Shown piece after piece: positions 19,148-28,868 of a DNA stretch of 64,000 bases. Position 1 is the stretch's first letter; every line of letters starts with the position of its first letter. The DNA is from Candidatus Woykebacteria bacterium RBG_13_40_15 (GTDB lineage Bacteria > Patescibacteriota > Microgenomatia > Woykebacterales > RBG-16-39-9b). The notes below the pieces were generated by a model. It saw nothing but the letters and a program-made list of their open reading frames with translations, was not told the DNA's origin and searched no databases. The stretch spans positions 69,623-133,622 of the forward strand of contig MHCP01000030.1 in assembly GCA_001816655.1 (NCBI GenBank). The letters run 5' to 3'. Position numbers and translations under genes: made by a program.

Positions 19148-19416
19148 CTTTTATTGTAAAAATACTTTAAATACTTAGTGAGCAGAATTGAAACTAGAGA
19201 TGCAAAAGCAAAAATCAAAAAGAGCTGAGTTCCTTCTACTACGGAATGGACATTGCGATTTCTAACTGTAAAGAACCAAACGTAGGAAATAAATATAAGA
19301 ACAGCTCCAATAAAAAACCGGATTGACTTTTTGTTGGAGAAGGCAAGTTGCAGTGTCCCAAAAGTCGCCAACAAAACAAATATAAAATATTCAACAACAT
19401 ACGGATTCATTTCCAT
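19144..19416 (-). CDS. small membrane protein
   Basis: 90 aa, three hydrophobic helices, 4-nt overlap with the PAP2 gene. Confidence 0.45.
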   Translation of the reverse strand: MEMNPYVVEYFIFVLLATFGTLQLAFSNKKSIRFFIGAVLIFISYVWFFTVRNRNVHSVVEGTQLFLIFAFASLVSILLTKYLKYFYNKR

Positions 19417-19568
19417 AATTAAACCAGATTTTTCAAGATTCTACCAGATCCTCTGAAGAAAGGTCAAAGAAGGAAAGGAGTGGGCGCATGAAGAGCACGC
19501 AAGCTAGCCCGACTCAACGGTTTCTGCCCGCTGAAGCCCTCAAAGCTTCGGGTAGCAATTATTTATAG

Positions 19569-20867
19569 CTAAAGATTGGTTGATGAGTTACTTTTTTTGT
19601 TTCTAAGCTTTACAAGCCAGTAAACTAGTGAAGCTATAGCCACAATTGCAAGAATAGCTAGCAATGTATACAGCAGAAGATTTGATTTAGCTGCTGCAGC
19701 GATCAATCTTCCACTAACCGTTGCTGAAGCAGTAGCCCCATTTGCCGAAACGACGTTCAACAGAATTTTGTTCACGCCTTCTACCAAATTAATATTTGAA
19801 GAAATCTCCCCGGATTTTGTCGCGACTTTTAATTTTCCAAGGTTCCTACCGTTCAAATATGCAGACACCGTGGCGATTGGGTCGGAAACCAGTGCCTTCA
19901 GAGTAATTTTTTTCTCCTTTGTTTCAAACCCATCCTTGGGCTCTGATATTGTAATTGTAGGCGCTGCCGTAAAAGTAGAAAAGTGAGTGACATCAAATGT
20001 AAGAACTCCACTAGAATAGCTTATATTAGAGACAACTCCCCTGTCTTCTTTGCCATTGACTAGAACCCTAGGAGTTTTAACGAAAGGGAGGCTTTTCATC
20101 TTAATAGTGGCTTTTTTGTTAAGTGCCGGTAGTTTCCCAGAATCAATCGAAACGACTCCTGACTTATCAGCCTTAACATACTGATCAAGGCTTCTAAATT
20201 TATTCACTACCTCTGAAGAAGAAAGATCGACAGCTTCATTAAATTTTATAGTGTTTTTACCTGTATCTAGAGTTAGATTTTCAACTTTATTTGGGCTCGT
20301 TATTTTTTTCAGGTCAGTAGTTTCTCCGATTCTAAAAACAGCCGGTAGAGTAACATTTTGGATTTTCACCATTTGAACAATTGTTATACCACTGCTAGTA
20401 TTATTCGTAGATGGTTGCGAAGGCACCCGGTCCAAGTAGACTGTATCCGGAGGCGAGATGCTTGTTGTTATACTTGTCGTTTTAGTGATGTAACTTGATT
20501 TGGAAATTTGAACTTCGACGGTAGGTGGTAAGGTATATCCCTCTTTTAATGATCCATCAGTTACAGTTGTGTAGATTACAACACCTGATTTGACATATTG
20601 TGTAAAGCCGAAACTCGAAAAGTTAAAAGGCTCTTGGGTTAAAAGAGCTGCCGTTGCTCCCTGTAGGTAACTACCATCACTTGAATCTTTCAAATAAAAT
20701 TCAAAACAAGGGTTACATCCGGCCAAAACAGCGCCAGAGCTGTTACTAGCGATCTCTTTGGCTGCTTTTTCAGAACTAGTTTTGGCCCAAAGAGAAGTAA
20801 GATTAAGAGCAACAATCGAAATGAGTAGAGTGGAAACAAGAAAACCAAGGCGAGCTGTCTTTACCAT
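19569..20867 (-). CDS. surface/extracellular protein with an N-terminal signal anchor and a C-terminal TM anchor
   Basis: 432 aa. An S/T-rich region, a C-terminal LLLYTLLAILAIVAIASLVYWLV helix and then a basic tail. Confidence 0.55.
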   Translation of the reverse strand: MVKTARLGFLVSTLLISIVALNLTSLWAKTSSEKAAKEIASNSSGAVLAGCNPCFEFYLKDSSDGSYLQGATAALLTQEPFNFSSFGFTQYVKSGVVIYTTVTDGSLKEGYTLPPTVEVQISKSSYITKTTSITTSISPPDTVYLDRVPSQPSTNNTSSGITIVQMVKIQNVTLPAVFRIGETTDLKKITSPNKVENLTLDTGKNTIKFNEAVDLSSSEVVNKFRSLDQYVKADKSGVVSIDSGKLPALNKKATIKMKSLPFVKTPRVLVNGKEDRGVVSNISYSSGVLTFDVTHFSTFTAAPTITISEPKDGFETKEKKITLKALVSDPIATVSAYLNGRNLGKLKVATKSGEISSNINLVEGVNKILLNVVSANGATASATVSGRLIAAAAKSNLLLYTLLAILAIVAIASLVYWLVKLRNKKSNSSTNL

Positions 20868-20957
20868 ACTTTAATTTTATTTTATGGTTTGTTGCCTTGT
20901 CAATTTAAAATTGGCTGAGCACGACGGTCTAGAACCGTTCGATCCCATAGGCTCCAT

Positions 20958-21734
20958 TTATAACAAACGGCTCTCAATATATGCTATCCCAAGAGGAGAT
21001 AGTGTTACGCTTTTGTCCACTTTATCGTACTCCCATAGTCGATTTCTGTGTCCTGGTATTAAGACATCGCGTCTGTAAACACCTGAATTTGTGTGTTCTG
21101 TCCAGGATACTAAAACCTTTTCTGTTACCCGATTATTTTCCGAGTAGAGGAGTAGCAACGTTTTTTCTCTCATGGTCAATTGAGTATTTAATACTCTTTT
21201 TTTATTATTGACTTTCCAAATTGTTGGAGTTTCTCTTTCAGTCAGCACCTCGACAACGGCAGTCGCTTCTTGGGTGTCAACGTTGTGGAAAATTCTGACC
21301 AACTCAGCCATAATCCATTTGGAACAATACAGTACTACAGTAGCATCCATGTGATTTGGATCGACTTCTCCGCCCACGTGCCCTACCCCACGATTATTGC
21401 GGACCTCGTACAACGCTATCAACATTCTTGGAATTTGAATTCGCACCGACCGCGGAAATGCTGCCGGAACTCTGGAAAGAGAGTTGCAAGCGTCAACCAT
21501 GTTAGGGGGTTTGGAAGATTTCTGTGGAAATGAACCAGTTATGTGGCCGTTCAAAATGGAGTATACTACTTCACAAAACTTGCCACCATTAAGCTCGGAT
21601 GGCTCCCATCTACCTTCCCGAAAATTTACCATTATTTTGTTAAGAGCTTGTAAAAGTTCTTTGCGCAGTCTTACTGGTAGTTGGCCAAGGGCATTCTCAG
21701 GATTCATCGAAGTTGTTTTCAAGGAGTCTTTCAC
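20958..21734 (-). CDS. hypothetical protein with a HEPN-like Rx6H motif (EVRNNRGVGHVGGE), possible RNase effector
   Basis: 258 aa, last gene of a 3-gene overlapping operon. The motif was read from the translation; the family is unassigned. Confidence 0.5.
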   Translation of the reverse strand: MKDSLKTTSMNPENALGQLPVRLRKELLQALNKIMVNFREGRWEPSELNGGKFCEVVYSILNGHITGSFPQKSSKPPNMVDACNSLSRVPAAFPRSVRIQIPRMLIALYEVRNNRGVGHVGGEVDPNHMDATVVLYCSKWIMAELVRIFHNVDTQEATAVVEVLTERETPTIWKVNNKKRVLNTQLTMREKTLLLLYSENNRVTEKVLVSWTEHTNSGVYRRDVLIPGHRNRLWEYDKVDKSVTLSPLGIAYIESRLL

Positions 21735-22110
21735 CCGAATTTGTTATATACCAAGCTTTTTTATTGTCTTTTTTTTCTGAAGCTTCGGCCATATGCCCGT
21801 TTTTGACATTGATATTGACTTTGTCATTTATGTTAAGGGGTTTTTTCTCCTTGGCTTTCTCATACTCACTCCTCAGGTCATCAACGTTAAAAGATATAAA
21901 GCCTTCATTTTTTTCTAAAAAACAGCCGATCGCGAGTGTCTTTTGGACATTGTTAGTGGTTTTTTTTGAAATTAGAAATTCTTTAATACTCAATTTCTTG
22001 CTCTGACGGTGCTCAGGCAGAGTATCAAACCTCGTCTTGCTAATGGCCTGCTCTAGGATTGTTATCCTTCTTTTGAGATCTTCTAATTGCTCTTGGATAT
22101 CTTTACTCAT
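21697..22110 (-). CDS. hypothetical protein with an N-terminal coiled coil (middle gene of the module)
   Basis: 137 aa. QEQLEDLKRRITILEQAISK heptads. Overlaps its neighbours by 8 nt and 38 nt. Confidence 0.45.
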   Translation of the reverse strand: MSKDIQEQLEDLKRRITILEQAISKTRFDTLPEHRQSKKLSIKEFLISKKTTNNVQKTLAIGCFLEKNEGFISFNVDDLRSEYEKAKEKKPLNINDKVNINVKNGHMAEASEKKDNKKAWYITNSGERLLENNFDES

Positions 22111-22534
22111 CTTTTTTCAAACCTCTTTTCAGCTCGTCAGCAATCTTCGATAGCGAGTAACCAGGAATAAAATAACTCCCACCTTTTCCCATATCAACAA
22201 CTCCCTTAGATCTAAGTTGCGACAAATAAGATCTAGTAGAGTTGTAGTTAACTCCTGTTTTCTTGCTAATCTCCTTAGGCTTTTCAGGCTCATTTTCCGA
22301 AGAGATTTTCCCCGTCTCTAAAAGTGCTTTTCTGTAGAGAAGGTAAACCAAGAGCTTCAATCTTGCGTCAAGGTTGGAAAAAGCCTCCTTGAAAACCGGC
22401 CCAAGAGTCTTATTATCAATTCCGATATAATCCTTAAGAAGATTTGCTAACAATTCCCTATTAACCTCTGTGCCGTCTACAAAAAGGTATTCTAAGGGAT
22501 CATTATTAGAATTCTTAATAGTTTTTTCTGACAT
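22103..22534 (-). CDS. predicted winged-helix DNA-binding protein (first gene of the module)
   Basis: 143 aa. HTH-like ISKKTGVNYNSTRSYLSQLRSKGVV followed by GGSYFIPG. Confidence 0.45.
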   Translation of the reverse strand: MSEKTIKNSNNDPLEYLFVDGTEVNRELLANLLKDYIGIDNKTLGPVFKEAFSNLDARLKLLVYLLYRKALLETGKISSENEPEKPKEISKKTGVNYNSTRSYLSQLRSKGVVDMGKGGSYFIPGYSLSKIADELKRGLKKDE

Positions 22535-22738
22535 AGTATCTTTTTCACTATAACTATCTTTTTATTTAAAAATAGCTTCCATTAGGACTGTATCAAAAAA
22601 GATACTACCTGTCAATAGTACATTATGGATACTATGATAGGCATGAGTTTTCGGTATGAGTGTTTCAAGAAAAAACTAGTGATTTTGGAGGAAAACATGG
22701 TCTATTTAAGGAATGTGGGTCGCTAGAGGTGCGCAATC

Positions 22739-22812
22739 TGGCTGCCGGACTAGGATTCGAACCTAGATATGCAGATCCAGGGTCTGCTGTCCTACCGTTA
22801 GACGATCCGGCA
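22739..22812 (-). tRNA. tRNA, anticodon read as CUG (Gln); unusual C at position 33
   Basis: Folded by hand: acceptor TGCCGGA/TCCGGCA, D-arm GTCT-AACGGTA-GGAC, anticodon stem GCAGA/TCTGC with loop CCCTGGA, T-arm CTAGG-TTCGAAT-CCTAG, discriminator G, CCA encoded. Confidence 0.6.
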
Positions 22813-22942
22813 ATAATCCCGCCTCTCCGGCGGGTCGCTGTTGAGACGACTACCACTAGACGACCCCGCAATACTTCGACAAGCTCAGTATAAATGTAGA
22901 AGAATTTTAACAAACGGAAGGCTAAATTACAAACCTTGAGGA

Positions 22943-24208
22943 TTACTCATGAGGAACTATTGGCAAGGTAAAGGTAAATCTACTACCCCTCCCAACCTGA
23001 CTTTCGACAGAAATCTCACCACTCATTTTGTCTACTAGACTTTTTGCTAGGAAAAGTCCTAGCCCTGCTCCCCCGGCTTTTTGGATTTTACTTCCATCTG
23101 AAGAATAAAATCTCTCGAATATATACGATAGCTCTTGCTTAGCAATTCCAACCCCATTATCGGCTACCGAAACATATGCTTTACCTTCTTTTGCCCCAAC
23201 AGCGACCTTCACTTGACCAAACGGAGCTGTAAAATTCAAGGAATTTTCTACTAAAATAAGTACCACTTCTCTAATCCTTTCTTTATCTGTCTCGACAAAG
23301 ATGTTAAGAGGCGAAGGGATGAAGTTAAATGAAATATTTTTTTCTTTGGCTTCGGCTTCAACTTCTTTTAGCACTTCTTTTAGAAAGCCATTTAGCTCAA
23401 ATACCTCATTCGAAAGCCTCAACTTTCCAGTTTCTAAACGCGATACGTCAAGCAGTTCTCCAATTAGGTTGTTTAATTTCGAGCTCTGTCTAAAGGCTGC
23501 ATCGGCAAACTCTTTCGCTTTCGCATTCAGTTCTTTCCCACTTGTAAGGAATAGTTCTATATATCCTCTAATTGCCGTTATTGGGCCCCGTAGTTCGTGG
23601 GCAATTACAAAAAGGAACTCATCCTTCAATTTATTAACTGCCTTTTCTTTTTCGACTGTTGCACTCGTAGCAGCAACCTGTGCTACTTTGATTTCTCTTG
23701 ATAAGAAAAGCCCGTGGGCAAAAACTAAACTCACACCAAAATAGGTAAGTAGTGAAGAAGCAAAATCACTTGTAATGAAAACATTTGTACTGGTCGGCGG
23801 AAAAAGGATCAACTCTCCAAAAATACACATGCAGCACAAAACCCAAATAGCTATAGACTGAAGCCTATTAATAGTTACGGCAGCTGAAAAAGCAGGAAGA
23901 ATGTAAAGAAAACTAAAATAACTAGACACACCCCCACTATTGTGAACAACCAGTGTAATAATTAAAAGGTAAACCAGAAGCTCGGCTGTTTTCTTGCGTT
24001 CATATGGAATAGGAATTTTTAATTTATGCCAGAGAAAAACGAAAGCCAAAACGAAAATTAACGAAGCGATAAAAAGCCCTTTATTCAATTGTAAATCCAG
24101 GGGCGACAATGCAACAGCGATACCGGTTATAAAAAATAGCCCGACAAGAATCTCTTCAAGTCTCTCTAATCTAGAGAAAATTATTCTTCGTTTTTCCATT
24201 ATTACCAA
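22943..24208 (-). CDS. sensor histidine kinase (membrane; HisKA + HATPase_c)
   Basis: 421 aa. Multiple N-terminal TM helices, H-box IAHELRGPI, G-boxes GGAGLGL. Confidence 0.8.
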   Translation of the reverse strand: MVIMEKRRIIFSRLERLEEILVGLFFITGIAVALSPLDLQLNKGLFIASLIFVLAFVFLWHKLKIPIPYERKKTAELLVYLLIITLVVHNSGGVSSYFSFLYILPAFSAAVTINRLQSIAIWVLCCMCIFGELILFPPTSTNVFITSDFASSLLTYFGVSLVFAHGLFLSREIKVAQVAATSATVEKEKAVNKLKDEFLFVIAHELRGPITAIRGYIELFLTSGKELNAKAKEFADAAFRQSSKLNNLIGELLDVSRLETGKLRLSNEVFELNGFLKEVLKEVEAEAKEKNISFNFIPSPLNIFVETDKERIREVVLILVENSLNFTAPFGQVKVAVGAKEGKAYVSVADNGVGIAKQELSYIFERFYSSDGSKIQKAGGAGLGLFLAKSLVDKMSGEISVESQVGRGSRFTFTLPIVPHE

Positions 24209-25497
24209 CGATACCTCGGTAGTGTAAAGAAGAAGGTGCTTCCCTTACCAAATTCACTTCTCACACCAATTTCGCCTCCCATCTTTTCAACTAATTGTTT
24301 CGTAATGAAAAGTCCTAGACCGTTCCCTTTAATTGCTTTTGTTTTTTCATTTTCGGCTCTAAAGAATTTACCAAAAAGATTTTTTTGATCTTCAATGCTA
24401 ATTCCAATACCGGTATCTGAAACAGAGATTTCAGCTTTCCCTTCTCCTTTTCTAACTTCCACCACAACTCTACCCCCTTCGGGCGTATATTTAATCGCAT
24501 TACCAACCAAGTTCATTAAAACTTCTTTAAGACGATTAGCGTCAGCATTAACCGCCGTGTCTAAATCGCCTCTTTCCAGAAGCGAAATTTTTTTCGACTG
24601 TGCATCAAGGAATAAGTTTGAAAGTACTTCACTAATAACAGGGCTTAAAGAAACATCTGAAAGATTTATTTGCATAGTTCCTTTTTCGATTTGTGAAATA
24701 TCTAAAAGATCGTCTAAAAGTTTCTCTAGTCTCTCATTATTTGTCTTGATAAATTCGAGTGTTTCCCTAGCCTCCGAATCTAACTCTTGATAATAATCTT
24801 TACTTATTGTATCGATACAGCCCTTAATTGCAGCGGCGGGCTGTTTTAACTTATGTGAAATAATAAAAACGTATTCGTCTTTTAGTTTACTAAGGGTTCT
24901 CTCCTTCTCTAAGTTTTCCTCCTCTTCTTTTTGTCTTGATAGAGCCGCCTCCCCCGCTAGTGAACGGGTATAAAAAACGACTATTAATAAGCCCAACGAA
25001 TAAAGAATCGTAGAGCTCAAAGCAGCACTGGGTGCTCCACTTGAAACCCATTCAGCTAAAATTAAAATAAGCGCGGCCGAAGCAATCATAAGAGCAGCAA
25101 CAGTAGGCATACTAACAACAGCGCCGACCGTTATAACATAATAAAGTACAACCAAATATCGACTAATCTCACCACTTCCACTTGTATGGATTAAAAGTGC
25201 AACAGAAAAATTAGCCAAAAGACTGAAAATAAAATTCTTGGGTAGCCCGGAAAATCGGCGGGGAAAAAGCCTGAACCAAACGATGCAAAAAACTGCCCCA
25301 CCTACAACAAATGGATAAACAATTTTTTTATCCATTGTTTGGCCAAAAGGAACTTGTACTGAAAAAAGGGCTAGAGCTAAAGCGAGCCACGTAAAGACCT
25401 CGGACACTCGCTCGAACCTTTTATTTTGTTCAGCTGCAACAACTTTTCCAACAGACAGAAAAGAGTTTAGCCAACTCTCAGTCGGATTAGCAATCAT
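24202..25497 (-). CDS. sensor histidine kinase (second, tandem)
   Basis: 431 aa. TM-rich N-terminus, H-box IISHKLKQP, GNGLGLFI G-box. Overlaps the downstream kinase gene by 7 nt. Confidence 0.8.
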   Translation of the reverse strand: MIANPTESWLNSFLSVGKVVAAEQNKRFERVSEVFTWLALALALFSVQVPFGQTMDKKIVYPFVVGGAVFCIVWFRLFPRRFSGLPKNFIFSLLANFSVALLIHTSGSGEISRYLVVLYYVITVGAVVSMPTVAALMIASAALILILAEWVSSGAPSAALSSTILYSLGLLIVVFYTRSLAGEAALSRQKEEEENLEKERTLSKLKDEYVFIISHKLKQPAAAIKGCIDTISKDYYQELDSEARETLEFIKTNNERLEKLLDDLLDISQIEKGTMQINLSDVSLSPVISEVLSNLFLDAQSKKISLLERGDLDTAVNADANRLKEVLMNLVGNAIKYTPEGGRVVVEVRKGEGKAEISVSDTGIGISIEDQKNLFGKFFRAENEKTKAIKGNGLGLFITKQLVEKMGGEIGVRSEFGKGSTFFFTLPRYRW

Positions 25498-25544
25498 TAA
25501 CTTAATTTTAGCACGGGTGAGGGAAGATTGTTAAACAATTTTAA

Positions 25545-26933
25545 TTATTTTGAAAATAAACTCGATATTTTTTTAAGTCTTTTAACCGTTTCTTCTTTTC
25601 CTAAAACAGTTAATGTCTCAAAAAGTGGTGGGCTCACTTTGCTTCCCGTAATGGCTATTCGCAAACACATGAATAAATCCGAGGCAATCCAGCCTAATTT
25701 TTCTGATAATTTCCTTGTTTCCCCTTCCAATCTCGGTGTTCCCCAACCCAAACCTTTATAAAGTTTGGCCGCCTCCCCCAGGGCTTCCTTTGTCTCTTTT
25801 TCATTATGTCCCAAGTCCAATAATAATTTGGTGTCAACGGACGGTTCTTCGAAAAAGAGCTTTGTTTGAGCTTCAAATTCAGAAAGTTTCTTTAATCTTT
25901 CGCGAACGAGCGGCAGAACTATTTCGATTTGCTTTAAATCCCTCTTTGTATAATCTTTCAATCTGTCGGCTAACTCTTTTTCTGGTAACGAACGAATCCA
26001 CTGCCCATTAAGCCAATCCAACTTCTGAAGATCAAAGACTGGACCACTCGGATCTACTCGTGCGAAATCAAAGTTGTCAATAAATTCCTTTAATGTGAAT
26101 TTTTCTCTTTCATCTGGCATAGACCAACCCATCAAAGATAAGTAATTTAGCAAAGCCTGCGGCAAATAACCTTGTTCCTTGTACCAAATCAAAGAAACTG
26201 GGTTTTTTCTTTTTGAGATTTTGCTTTTATCAGGATTCCTTAGCAGTGGTAGATGAGCAAAAATTGGGGGTTTTAATTTGAATGCGTTATAAAGTAAAAT
26301 ATGCTTTGGTGTTGATGAAAGCCACTCTTCTGCTCTGATGACATGGCTAATTTCCATGTCGGAATCGTCAACAACAACTGCCAAGTGGTAAGTGGGCCAG
26401 CCGTCAGATTTTAAAAGTACGCTGTCATCAATATCTTTGTTTTGAAAAGTAATTTCTCCGCGAACCAGGTCTTCAAAAGAAGTTTCTCCGCTTTCTGGGA
26501 CTTTCAATCTTATTACACAATTTCCTTTTTCGATTTCTTCTTTGCTCGGAGGTTTCTGGCGGCATTTTCGATCGTATCTTGGAACTTCTTTTTTTGCCTG
26601 TTGTTCGGCTCTTACTTTTTCCAACCGCTCTGATGAACAACTGCAGTAGTAAGCCAATCCTTTGCCGACCAATTCTTTGGCTTTTTTTTGGTAAAGACTC
26701 AGTCGGTCTGACTGATGAATCGGTCCCTCATCCCAAGCAAGCCCCAGCCACGTAAGGGAATCAAGTATCTTTTCAGTCGCACCCGGAACTAACCGTGCGC
26801 GGTCTGTGTCTTCAATACGAAGAACAAATTTGCCTTTATTTTTCTTGGCAACAGCATAATTAAAAAGGGCAGTATAGGCTGTTCCAATGTGGGGATCTCC
26901 AGTAGGGGAGGGGGCGATTCTAGTTTTAACCAT
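25545..26933 (-). CDS. gltX: glutamate--tRNA ligase
   Basis: Class I HIGH motif (PSPTGDPHIGTAYTA) and a KMSKS-like KISKRK. Confidence 0.85.
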   Translation of the reverse strand: MVKTRIAPSPTGDPHIGTAYTALFNYAVAKKNKGKFVLRIEDTDRARLVPGATEKILDSLTWLGLAWDEGPIHQSDRLSLYQKKAKELVGKGLAYYCSCSSERLEKVRAEQQAKKEVPRYDRKCRQKPPSKEEIEKGNCVIRLKVPESGETSFEDLVRGEITFQNKDIDDSVLLKSDGWPTYHLAVVVDDSDMEISHVIRAEEWLSSTPKHILLYNAFKLKPPIFAHLPLLRNPDKSKISKRKNPVSLIWYKEQGYLPQALLNYLSLMGWSMPDEREKFTLKEFIDNFDFARVDPSGPVFDLQKLDWLNGQWIRSLPEKELADRLKDYTKRDLKQIEIVLPLVRERLKKLSEFEAQTKLFFEEPSVDTKLLLDLGHNEKETKEALGEAAKLYKGLGWGTPRLEGETRKLSEKLGWIASDLFMCLRIAITGSKVSPPLFETLTVLGKEETVKRLKKISSLFSK

Positions 26934-26935
26934 GG

Positions 26936-28327
26936 TTATTTTTTCTCTTCTTTTTCTATTATTTTTAGGCCAAGGTCTTTTAGTTGTTCTGGGTTGGCTT
27001 CACTTGGCGCATCCATGACAGAAGTTTGCCCACCGGAAGTGACCGGAAAAGCAATTACCTCGCGGATATTTTCTTCTCCAGCTATTACCGAAACTAACCT
27101 ATCAAAACCAACTGCAATACCCCCGTGCACAGGAGCACCATATTTATACGCAGCTAAAAGATGACCAAATTCATCATCGATTCGTTTATCGGAGTAACCC
27201 ATTACCCTCAAGGCCTGACGCTGGACTTCTGGTTCATGAATACGGATACTTCCACCGGCAACTTCGGCTCCGTTGCAAACAAGATCGTACTGCAAAGATT
27301 GCAAGTTAGCTAACTCTTTTTCTTTCATGAGGGAGTCGACAAATTCTGGTTTTGGTGCAGCAAATGGGTTATGAGCAAATGTATAACCTCCCTCATCGGT
27401 TTTTTCCAACAGCGGAAAGTCTACAACCCAAGCAAACGAAAGATCAGCCTTATTTTTATTCAAATTTGGCCTGTCTGTTTTGTATTTTTCCATTACCTCT
27501 TTATAAGTAAGAACTGGGAAAGGTTTTTTCTCAATTTTTTTCCCTATTTTTCCGACAACAAAAGTAATTAGTCTTTCAACTGCACTCATTACGTCTTCGC
27601 GTTTAACAAAAGCCATTTCAATATCTATTTGCGTGTGCTCAAATTGACGATCGGCTCGCAAATCTTCATCTCTAAAACAGCGAGCAAATTGATAATATTT
27701 TTCAATGCCGGCAATCATTAAAAGTTGTTTATATTGTTGGGGGGATTGGGCAAGAGCGTAAAATTTTCCCTTTTGCAATCTGGAGGGGACTAAAAAGTCT
27801 CGTGCTCCTTCTGGTGTTGTTTTTGACAAATAGGGGGTTTCAATTTCTGTGAAACCCTCACTGTCTAAAAATGCCCTTGCCACTTTTACAATTTGATGCC
27901 GAAGCTTCAAATTTTTTTGCAGACGAGGTCGTCTTAAATCAATATAGCGGTATTTAAATCGAATGCTTTCTTCAACGTCGTAGCCGTCTCCCTCGATAGG
28001 AATTGGTAACGCGACAGCTTTCCCAATGAGATTAATTTCTTCTGCAACTATTTCAATTTCACCAGTCTCAATTTCTTTATTAATATTTTCTGCCGGTCTC
28101 TTGTTTACAGTTCCGACAACAGAAATCACATCTTCACTTCCAAGTTTTTCCGCTACCTTGTAGGATTCTTCCTCTTTTGGAGTAACGACAACTTGAACCA
28201 AACCGGATGCGTCCCGAACATCAAAAAAGATAATTTTTCCATGATTTCTTCGTGTATTGATCCAACCAGCAATCTCAACTTTTTCACCTTGCTTTTTGCT
28301 TGCTTCGCTGATAGAGAGTCTTGCCAT
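26936..28327 (-). CDS. aspS: aspartate--tRNA ligase (short, archaeal/type-2-like form)
   Basis: 463 aa. N-terminal OB anticodon-binding domain, class II motifs FRDEDLRADRQFE and GGSIRIH...GFDRL. Confidence 0.85.
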   Translation of the reverse strand: MARLSISEASKKQGEKVEIAGWINTRRNHGKIIFFDVRDASGLVQVVVTPKEEESYKVAEKLGSEDVISVVGTVNKRPAENINKEIETGEIEIVAEEINLIGKAVALPIPIEGDGYDVEESIRFKYRYIDLRRPRLQKNLKLRHQIVKVARAFLDSEGFTEIETPYLSKTTPEGARDFLVPSRLQKGKFYALAQSPQQYKQLLMIAGIEKYYQFARCFRDEDLRADRQFEHTQIDIEMAFVKREDVMSAVERLITFVVGKIGKKIEKKPFPVLTYKEVMEKYKTDRPNLNKNKADLSFAWVVDFPLLEKTDEGGYTFAHNPFAAPKPEFVDSLMKEKELANLQSLQYDLVCNGAEVAGGSIRIHEPEVQRQALRVMGYSDKRIDDEFGHLLAAYKYGAPVHGGIAVGFDRLVSVIAGEENIREVIAFPVTSGGQTSVMDAPSEANPEQLKDLGLKIIEKEEKK

Positions 28328-28436
28328 TTGGCTTTATTTTACGCGAAGTTTATAGGTTTGTCCAGCCTTAAGGGATTGCTTTTTTACTTTAAATATGTTA
28401 TACTATAGGTTTGTGGCGTGGGTAGAAAGGAGTCTC

Positions 28437-28820
28437 ATGCGGAAGTTGAAGGGGGCAGCAGTCTGGGTTTCGTGCACGCTAGTGGTAGTTGTCGTGGTCC
28501 TGGTATTCGTCGAGCAACGGCGGTCGGACCAAGAGAACTCCATTTGGGGGTCGCTAGAAGATCTCCAAATAGCGTCGCTAACAATCCCAACACCGGCACC
28601 AAACTCGATAGTGGGGTGCTATATGGTAGAGCCCGGGGATACAATCGCTGACATCTCAGCAGAGTTCCTCGGAGACGACGACTACTACGGATGGGTTATG
28701 TTCACGAATGACCGCGATCCAATGACCGGCAGTAGTCTCATTCGACCAGGCGATCAACTCCTCATAAAGGGGGCGATTCTGAATACCGAGCGCCTAACGC
28801 CACCACCGTGCCGGCAGTAA
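28437..28820 (+). CDS. membrane-anchored LysM-domain protein on a GC-rich islet
   Basis: YMVEPGDTIADISAEFLG...LIRPGDQLLI fits the LysM pattern. RBS aaaggag 6 nt upstream. The ATG at 28437 is preferred over the longer 28395 start. Confidence 0.55.
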   Translation: MRKLKGAAVWVSCTLVVVVVVLVFVEQRRSDQENSIWGSLEDLQIASLTIPTPAPNSIVGCYMVEPGDTIADISAEFLGDDDYYGWVMFTNDRDPMTGSSLIRPGDQLLIKGAILNTERLTPPPCRQ

Positions 28821-28827
28821 CTTCAAA

Positions 28828-28868
28828 GAGCGGGGAACCAGTTGCACCGATGTAACCAGGCCCCGCTC
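28828..28868. terminator. 8-bp GC stem hairpin (GAGCGGGG...CCCCGCTC) between the convergent LysM and recJ genes
   Basis: Read directly. A T-rich run follows on the + strand. Overlaps the recJ stop codon. Confidence 0.4.

Noticed and set aside
20905-20957. tRNA-like 3' fragment (…ccgttcgatcccataggctcca) on the plus strand
   Set aside because: It contains a TTCGATCC T-loop-like string and a CCA-like end, but I could not fold a 5-bp T-stem or an acceptor stem. It is more likely a relic or att-like remnant than a gene, and I mention it only as context for the adjacent island.
22813-22870. Second tRNA-like stretch (GCGGGGTCGTCTAGTGGTAG… on the minus strand) abutting the tRNA
   Set aside because: It begins like a tRNA acceptor/D-arm but has no anticodon or T-arm. 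It forms a CCCGCC-GGAGA-GGCGGG hairpin instead. I treat it as a truncated tRNA remnant or structured spacer, not a tRNA gene.
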